A DNA stretch of 40,081 nucleotides, taken from Raja brachyura (lineage: Eukaryota). Positions within the stretch are counted from its first letter, which is position 1; each line of letters starts with the position of its first letter. Location of the stretch: the NCBI GenBank assembly GCA_963514005.1, contig OY740801.1, positions 22,839,920 through 22,880,000 on the forward strand, read 5' to 3'. The notes beneath the pieces were generated by a model, which searched no databases, was not told where the DNA came from, and was given only the letters and a program-made list of their open reading frames with translations. Shown piece after piece: positions 33,440 through 40,081 of this stretch. A program made the position numbers and the translations under genes.

Positions 33440-35090
33440 TCATAAGGAATAGGTGTAGAATTAGGCCATTCGGCCCATCAAGTCTACTCCGCCATTCAAT
33501 CATGGTTGATATACCTCTCCCTCCTATCCCCATTCTCCTGCCTTTTCCCTGCCTTAGGCAACGTTCCGGGGCGAAACCTTTCTGCAGACTGACGTGAGGG
33601 TGGGGGTGGGGGGGGGGGGGGTGGCAGGAAGGAGAATGGAAGAGGTGCAGCCAGTGGGCAGAGGGAGAGCTGAGAAGGGGAGGAGACAGTAAGGACTACC
33701 TGAATTTAGAGAAGTCAATGTTCATACCGCTGGGGTGCAAACTGCCCAAGCGAAATGTGAGGTGCTGCTCCTCCAATTTAGGGTGGTCCACACTCTGACC
33801 ATGGAGGAGGCCCAGGACAGAAAGGTCGGATTAGGAATGGGAGGGGGAGTTGAAGTGCTGAGCCACCGGGAGATCAGGTTGGTTATTGCAGACCGAGCGG
33901 AGATGTTGGGCGAAGCGATCACCGACGTAGAGCAACTGACATCTAGAGCAGTGGATGCAATAGATGAGGTTGGAGGAGGTTCAGGTGAACCTCTGCCACT
34001 CCTGGAACGACTGCTTGGGTCCTTGAATGGAGTCAAGGGGGGAGGTAGAGCGACAAGTGTAGCATTTCCTGCGGTTGGGTGGTACGGGTGGGAAGGGACA
34101 AATTGACCAGGGAGTTACGGAGGAAGCGGTCTCTGCGGAAAGCAGACAGGGGAGGAGATGGGAAAATGTGGCAAGTGGGATCACGTTGGAGGTGACGAAA
34201 ATGTTGGAGGATTATTTGTTGTATGTGACGGCTGGTGGGGTGGAAGGTGAGGACAAGGGGGAGCCTGCCCTTGTTACGAGTGGGGGGATTGGAAGTGAGA
34301 GCAGAGACACGGGGTATAGAAGAGACCCTGATGAGAGCCTCATCTGCCTTCTGTGGCAAACAATTCCACAGATTCACCACCCTCTGACTAAAGAAATTTC
34401 TCCTCGTTTTCCTCAAAGAACGTCCTTTAATTCTGAGGCTATGACCTCTAGTTCTAGACTCTCCCACAAGTGGAAACATCCTCTGCGCATCCACTCTATC
34501 CAAGCATTTCACTATTCTGTACGTTTCAATGAGGTCCCTCATTCTTCTAAACTCCAGCGAGTACAGGCCCAGTGCCGACAAACGCTCATCATTGGTTAAC
34601 CTACTCATTCCTGGGATCACTCTTGTAAACCTCCTCTGGACCTTATCCAGAGCCAGCACATCCTTCCTCAGATATGGTGCCCAAAATGCGGCCTTACCAG
34701 CGCCTTATAGAGCCTCAACATTACATCTCTGTTTTTGTATATAAATCCTTTTGAAATAAATGCTAGCATTGAGTTTGCTTTCTTTATTAGCGATTCAACT
34801 TGCAGGTTAACTTTTTGGGAATCCTGCACCAGCGCTCCCAAGTCCCTTTGCACCTCCGATTTCTGGAATCTAACCCCATTTAGAAAATAGTCCACCACTT
34901 TATTCCTACTACCAAAATGCATGACTCCACACTTTGCTACACTATATTCCATCTGCCATTTCTCTGCCCACTCTCCCAACATGTCCAAGTCCTGCAGAGC
35001 CCCTGCTTTGTCTACACTACCTTCTCCTCCACCTATTTACGTATCATCCGCAAACTTTGCCACAAAGCCTTCAATCCCCTCGTCCAAATT
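33440..35090 (-). mobile_element. CR1 LINE fragment split by a Penelope element
   Basis: Tail at 33440-33550; ORF2 resumes at 34340 (KFADDT..LGEWAEKWQMEY..RRMRDLIETYRI). Confidence 0.88.
33555..34340 (-). mobile_element. Penelope-like retroelement fragment (linker, GIY-YIG endonuclease and terminal repeat)
   Basis: RLPLVLTFHP..PPLSAFRRDRFLRNSLV..KCYTC..NLIYCIHCSRCQLLYVG..RFAQH..PVAQHFN..GMNIDF. Confidence 0.92.
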
Positions 35091-35559
35091 AGTTTTATGC
35101 AATAGAAGAGTATATTACTTCAGAACTGGCAAAGGGTGCGTAACCTAAAACGTTGACTCTGTTTCTCCTCCCACAGATGCTGCCTGACCTTCAGAGTGTT
35201 TCCACATCTGCCGGTGGTGTGATTTCCAGATGCTTTAGTTTCACTCTGTGAACACAGGAGCTGTCAGTGTAGAGCCACAGCAGGCTAGAACATTAGGTTG
35301 CCTCCTGATGTACATCTCCAGGGTTTACCGAGCCTGCCTGCTGACTGTTGCTGGTAACATTTAATCCAGCTCTTGGGTTCGAGAGGGCTGGTATAATCAG
35401 CGAGTTCTGCTGCAATCCGGTGACATCGATGAGACAAACGGGGAGGCAGAGGAGTTTAATGCGGGCAAATGGGATTAGTACAGATTGTAATCACGGTTGG
35501 CGTGGATGAGATGGGTTGAAGGGCCCATCTCTCTCTGCACACGGCTGTGATTCGATGAT

Positions 35560-35860
35560 CTGCAGCCGTGCCGATGTGGCAGTAGCGAAAGCTGAACTTC
35601 ACTGCAAGGGTCCCACAATGAAACTGTCTCCCACACTCACACTGCACTCCCTCTGAAACGCCCACTGACGGTTTTAAAGCCAATGTGGCTGCACCTTTAC
35701 AACTCTTCCACCGTCAGAGAAATTGGCCAGGGGAACCATCAAAATATTCCAAGCATCTTTACTGAATGGTTGCCCAGAAGCCATCTTGCTTTTCTGGCAG
35801 CTTGGATGGAGCTGAGAGTCATCTGTCCAACATCATTAGAACATTCTGGAACTCTGCACC
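35560..35860 (-). pseudogene. Dynein-like block (N-terminal tail)
   Basis: VPECSNDV vs VTEGNDV; YFDGSPGQFL*..TVEEL..LKPSV vs MLDAADGGLLNSVRRLL..FIPAL; needs frameshifts. Confidence 0.45.
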
Positions 35861-36023
35861 CACCTGATGCTTGGATTCTTCAGCACAGATAATTTATACA
35901 CATTACAGGCCCTGGGGCAAAAATATGGAAAACTGACTCAAGCGTGGTGGATGGAAAAGTTAAGATGAAGCATGGGGATTTTTAAAATCCATCACCGACA
36001 CGTCAAAAGCAATTAGAACATCA

Positions 36024-36210
36024 GGCGTGAACGTGAAACATGAATGGCAGGGATGAGCCCAGGAGAGGCAGCAGGAACTCTCGGAACGTTTCCACGCGCT
36101 GATCCAGGGAGGTGAGCAACGTTAAACAGTGCTGCTTTCACCTGCCAGCGGCTGTGGCACGCTGCGTTTCCCATTGTCTGGGGCAGCGGGCTGGAAGGTG
36201 GTGGAGCAAC
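36024..36210 (-). pseudogene. Dynein-like block near the N-terminus
   Basis: QVKAALF, then after a frameshift QRVETFREFLLPLLGSSLPFMFHVH; compare DNAH5 [30 protein letters not shown]. Confidence 0.55.
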
Positions 36211-36329
36211 AGCCCACATCCTCTCCAATACTCTGCAGCAAATCGCTCACAGAGCCGGAGACACAGCGGAGCGGTGGGACTGCCTCACCGCCTGCTTCAC
36301 TCACTCAAACACTCAGCAACAAAGGAGAT

Positions 36330-36745
36330 GACACAATGCCCGCTCCATCACGGGTACTGAGCTGCCCGACATCACGCGCCATCAAGGCCCCACACCACCC
36401 TGGCCATGCTCTCACCTCACCACTACCACCAGGAAGAAGGTACAGGAGTCTGAAAACTGTCACCTCCAGGTTCAAGAACAGATTCTTCCCAGCAAACAAC
36501 AGGCTCGTGAACACTGCAACTGTGACCTTCTGTGAACGTTGTTTTGATTTCACTACAGACTTTACTGTAGATGTGTAGGAAGGAACTGAAGATGCTAGTT
36601 TTCACTATTATGGTTACCAAGTATCATGGTTATTAATGTACTGGACTATTGACTTTTATATATTGATTAGTCTGTTGGGTTGCAGCAAGTAAGAATGTCA
36701 CTATCTTGTTACAGTCACATGTAACAATTAAATACCCTTGACTCT
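36330..36745 (+). mobile_element. Rex1/Babar LINE 3' fragment
   Basis: IKAPHHPGHALTSPLPPGRRYRSLKTVTSRFKNRFFP. Confidence 0.85.
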
Positions 36746-36884
36746 GCGACCCCTCATGATGTTCACAGAGCAACAAACTTCCAATAAACAGACGTGAAAA
36801 CTCTGTTGTTACTTTCCCAACTTTCTCCCCTGGACTGCTTATTTACTTCGCACTAATCTGAATGAAACTCCATTTATCATCATT

Positions 36885-37020
36885 CAGGGTCTGAAGAAGG
36901 GTCTTGACCCGAAATTCACCTGTCCATTTTCACCAGAGATGCTGCCTGGCCCGCTGAGTTACTCCAGCATTTTGTGCCTTTTTTTTGTAAACCAGCATCT
37001 GCAGTTTCTTGTACCTCCAT
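36885..37020 (+). mobile_element. Penelope-like terminal repeat with hammerhead-like core
   Basis: gggtctgaagaagggtcttgacccgaaattcacc. Confidence 0.8.
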
Positions 37021-37229
37021 TTGTCACTCCTGGGCTCACTTGGCAGCCAGTGTAGCTCCTGATAACCTTCTCCTCAGAGATGGTTTTAGACACGAGCCTC
37101 CTGCCTCCGCTGTCGTTGACTCTCGCTCCCATAGAGCAGCACGTACAGAGGTTGGGACGGAGTTTCCCGAAGGCACGGACACTGACAGAGAGAGTAGGGA
37201 GCAAACAGGGACAGGAATAATATCAGGCA

Positions 37230-37325
37230 CGTAGAAACAAAGAACTCCAGATGCTGGTTTATACCAAAGATAGATACAAAGTGCTGGAGTAACTCAGCGG
37301 GCCAGGCCGAATATCTGGAGAAAAC
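37230..37325 (-). mobile_element. Penelope-like terminal repeat fragment
   Basis: cagatgctggtt..ctggagtaactcagcggg. Confidence 0.75.
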
Positions 37326-38418
37326 AAAAGCATTCCACTTTTCCTGGAATTCCCTTAAAACTAAATCAAGCACGGTAAGATTCCTGTATCTCCAAACTAT
37401 TAAAAGTTGAACTACCTTCTCTGACATGGTGGTCTGAGATCCATTGCCGCTCCTTACTTCTGCTAATTCTCAAGCAGAAGCTTTAACCTTTGCTTGTAAA
37501 AATTAATGATCTATCCAATTGTGGTTTGCTCTCCAGACAGATGGTTCGAATTCATTTCAAAGTGGAAGCAGAGGGTTACTGAGTCCAAGAGCTTCCCTCT
37601 GGGATCACAGTGGCTAACCCTGACTGCGGAGATGTGAACACTCCAGTGAGTGCCCTTTGCCAGAGGCTCACAGCTCAGGAGCCGCCGGGACACGAGCACG
37701 GCTTTTCCATTCATTACTCTACTGACCAGGAAGGTACGGGCTGTACACAATCGCTGCCCACCGCACGCCAGTGATACGGCCCCACTCTGCATTTGCCTCT
37801 CCTGCAACTGGGGTGGTGCGGTGATGGTTCCATCTTCTGTCCCTGCAAGGTCTCTGGAAGGTGTGAGGAGGTGCCCATCTGGGGAGCAGCACAGGGCCAG
37901 GGCTGGAGTCTGCGCTGAGCGTGCGGGTGGGGGAGAGAGGGAGCGGGGGAGAGGGTGCGTGGGAGAGGGTGGAGGGGAGAGGGAGTGGGGGAGAAAGTGG
38001 AGTGGGGGAGAGGGTGCTTGGGGGGTGGGGGGGAGAATCTCAGGACACACAACTCACCCAGGGGTTTATCAGCAAGTGTCCAAAGTGGACATTTGGAAAG
38101 GCTTTGATATAAGATGTAGGGATGTTAATCCAAAATACAAATGCATCTGTATATAACTTACACGGAACATACATGTTTGGGACAAAGACTCACCATTTGT
38201 TTATTTATTTGCCTCTGTACTCCCCATTTTGTGATTTGTAAAAGAATAAAATCACATGCGGTCAAAGTGCACATTGACAGATTTTAATAAAGGCCATTTT
38301 TATACATTTTGGTTTCACCATGTAGAAATTACAGCAGTGTTTATACATAGTGGCCCCCATTTCTGGGCACCATAATGTTTGGGACACAGCAATGTAATGT
38401 AAATGAAAGTAGTCATGT

Positions 38419-39616
38419 TTAGTATTTTGTTGCATATCCTTTGCATGCAATGACTGCTTGAAGTGGGGCACATGTTGTCGAGCTCCCCGTGCTGAGCCCT
38501 GTCAACTGACCTCAGTCAGGCGAACGACAACAAACAGAGACAGCCGCAGCAACGCTGCAGCTTGGCGCCCACCTTGCCCAACCAAGGGCATGCGCCCTTT
38601 TTAGGGCGGGCACCTACGGATGGTGAACCGGATGGCATCACCCTGCTGCAGACTTATGCTGCCTCAAACGCAAGAAGAAGACTGCATGAAGTCTGCGATT
38701 CATGGACATCACCAGTTCTCTGGTGACGCTCTGCCAGGCCTGTATTGCAGCCATCTTTAGGTTATGCACGTTTTGGGGGCTAGTCCCCTTCAGCTTTCTC
38801 TTCAGCATATAAAATGCATGCTCAATTGGGTTCAGATCGGGTGATTGACTTGGCCACTCAAGAATTAACCATTTTTAGCTTTGAATAACTTCTTTGTTGC
38901 TTGAGCAGTATGTCTGGGGTCATTGTCTTGCTGTAAAATGAACCGCCGACCAATGAGTTTTGAGGCATTTGTTTGAACTCGAGCATATAGGATGTGTCTA
39001 TACACTTCAGAATGTATTATGCTACTAACATCAGCAGTTGTATCATCAATGAAGATAAGTGAGCCAGTACCTTCAGCAGCCATACATGCCCAGGCCATAA
39101 CACCCCCAGCACAGTGTTTCACAGATGAGGTGGTATGCTTTGGATCTTGGGCAGTTCCTTCTCTCCTCCATACTTTGCTCTTGCCATCACTCTGATATGT
39201 TAATCTTCGTCTCATCTGTCCACAAGACTTTTTTCCAGAACTGTGATTGCAACGATGCCATCCTATTTTTGCAGCTTGCAGTGCAGCCTCTGTATTTCTG
39301 TTCATTAAGTCTTCTGCAGACAGTGGCCATTGACAAATCCACACTGAAGAGTGTTTCTGATCTGTCGGACAGATGCTTGGTGATTTTTCTTTATTGTAGA
39401 GAGAATTCTTCTGTCATCAGCTGTGGAGGTCTTGTTTGGCCTGCCAGTCCCTTTGCGATTAGTAAGCTCACCAGTGCTCTCTTTCTTCTTAATTATGTTC
39501 CAAACTGTTGATTTTGGCGTGTCTGAGGTGTGGCTGATGTCTCTAACAGTTTTATTCTTGTTTCTCAGTCTCATGATGGCTTCTTTGACTTTCATTGGCA
39601 CAACTTTGGTCCTCAT
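38419..39616 (-). pseudogene. Tc1 DD34E transposase pseudogene
   Basis: HTH region (KSTVWNIIKK, GRP), WTDETK, QQDNDPRHT, WPSQSPDLNPIE, C-terminal KGYATKY*; frameshifts and one insertion. Confidence 0.93.
38465..38679 (+). mobile_element. Short non-LTR insertion with (AAG)n tail, Vingi/RTE-like
   Basis: 13-bp TSD GACTGC(T/A)TGAAGT at 38452-38464 and 38680-38692; ends CGCAAGAAGAA. Confidence 0.78.
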
Positions 39617-40081
39617 GTTGATGAACAGCAATAAAAGTTTCCTAAGGTGATGAAAAGACTGGAGGAAAGACTAGGTGCTGAGAGCCCTCTTATACCTGCA
39701 TTCAAAAACACCTGAGCAATTACAAACACCTGTGAACCCATGTGTCCCCAACATTATGGTGCCCTGAAATGGGGGGGACAATGTATAAACACAGCTGTAA
39801 TTTCTACATGGTGAAACCAAAATATATAAAAATACCCTTTAATAAAATCTGACAATGTGCACTTTTCTATTACAAACCTCAAATTGTGGAGTACAGATGC
39901 AAATAAATAAATGATGGGTTCTTTGTCCCAAACACTATGGGGGGCACTGTAGAACACAGAACAGTCGACCACAGGAGCAGGCCCTTCGGTCCACAATGCT
40001 GAATATGATGCCATATGATAAACAAATCTCCTCTGCCTGCACGTGATCCATGTCCTTGTTCCCGATATTGGGGGAGTGCAG

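Larger units (their letters stand above)
1..36210 (-). pseudogene. DNAH5-like: Degraded, divergent axonemal dynein heavy chain gene (outer-arm gamma type, DNAH5/DNAH8-like); tail and linker portion, continuing beyond the left edge
   Basis: About 25 minus-strand blocks are colinear with recalled human DNAH5. Examples: SISFYNTE vs SISHYYNTSE; MSPYQRT vs LAEYQRV; VLAEEGRR vs MLGEEARE; LLLVSGLNILEILYRPV*TLHRA vs [42 protein letters not shown] vs KWVQYLSNSTDIIESWMTV; DYIWKPQ vs DFEWLKQ. In-frame stops and frameshifts are present. Confidence 0.82.
38173..39949 (-). mobile_element. Tc1-family DNA transposon, IR/DR type, defective
   Basis: About 210-bp TIRs (38173-38387 and 39742-39949), each with internal direct repeats of ATGTTTGGGACA; right end CACTG|TA; left tip missing. 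Confidence 0.95.

Overview
Repeat-rich eukaryotic DNA, inferred to be from a cartilaginous fish (skate/ray-like) on the basis of its CR1, Rex1/Babar, Tx1, Penelope, Tc1, Harbinger and Helitron repeats. There is one assembly gap at 18858-19036. No intact protein-coding gene is present. The main hidden signal is that much of the non-repeat sequence on the minus strand (about 36210 down to 1) translates into about 25 short blocks that align in N-to-C order with an outer-arm gamma-type axonemal dynein heavy chain (DNAH5/DNAH8 subfamily). The blocks run from near the N-terminus through the tail and linker to just before AAA1, and the gene should continue left of the window. The copy is very divergent, has in-frame stops and frameshifts, and is broken up by transposons and minisatellites, so I call it a pseudogene. 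It mixes long uninterrupted blocks with a chain of tiny phase-compatible GT-AG exons. Other features are about 15 Penelope-type terminal repeats carrying hammerhead-ribozyme cores, a complete non-autonomous Helitron containing a 41-bp minisatellite and a TATA/Inr arrangement, and an IR/DR Tc1 element with a retro-insertion flanked by a target-site duplication (TSD). All protein alignments were done by eye against sequences recalled from memory and need tBLASTn or HMM confirmation.
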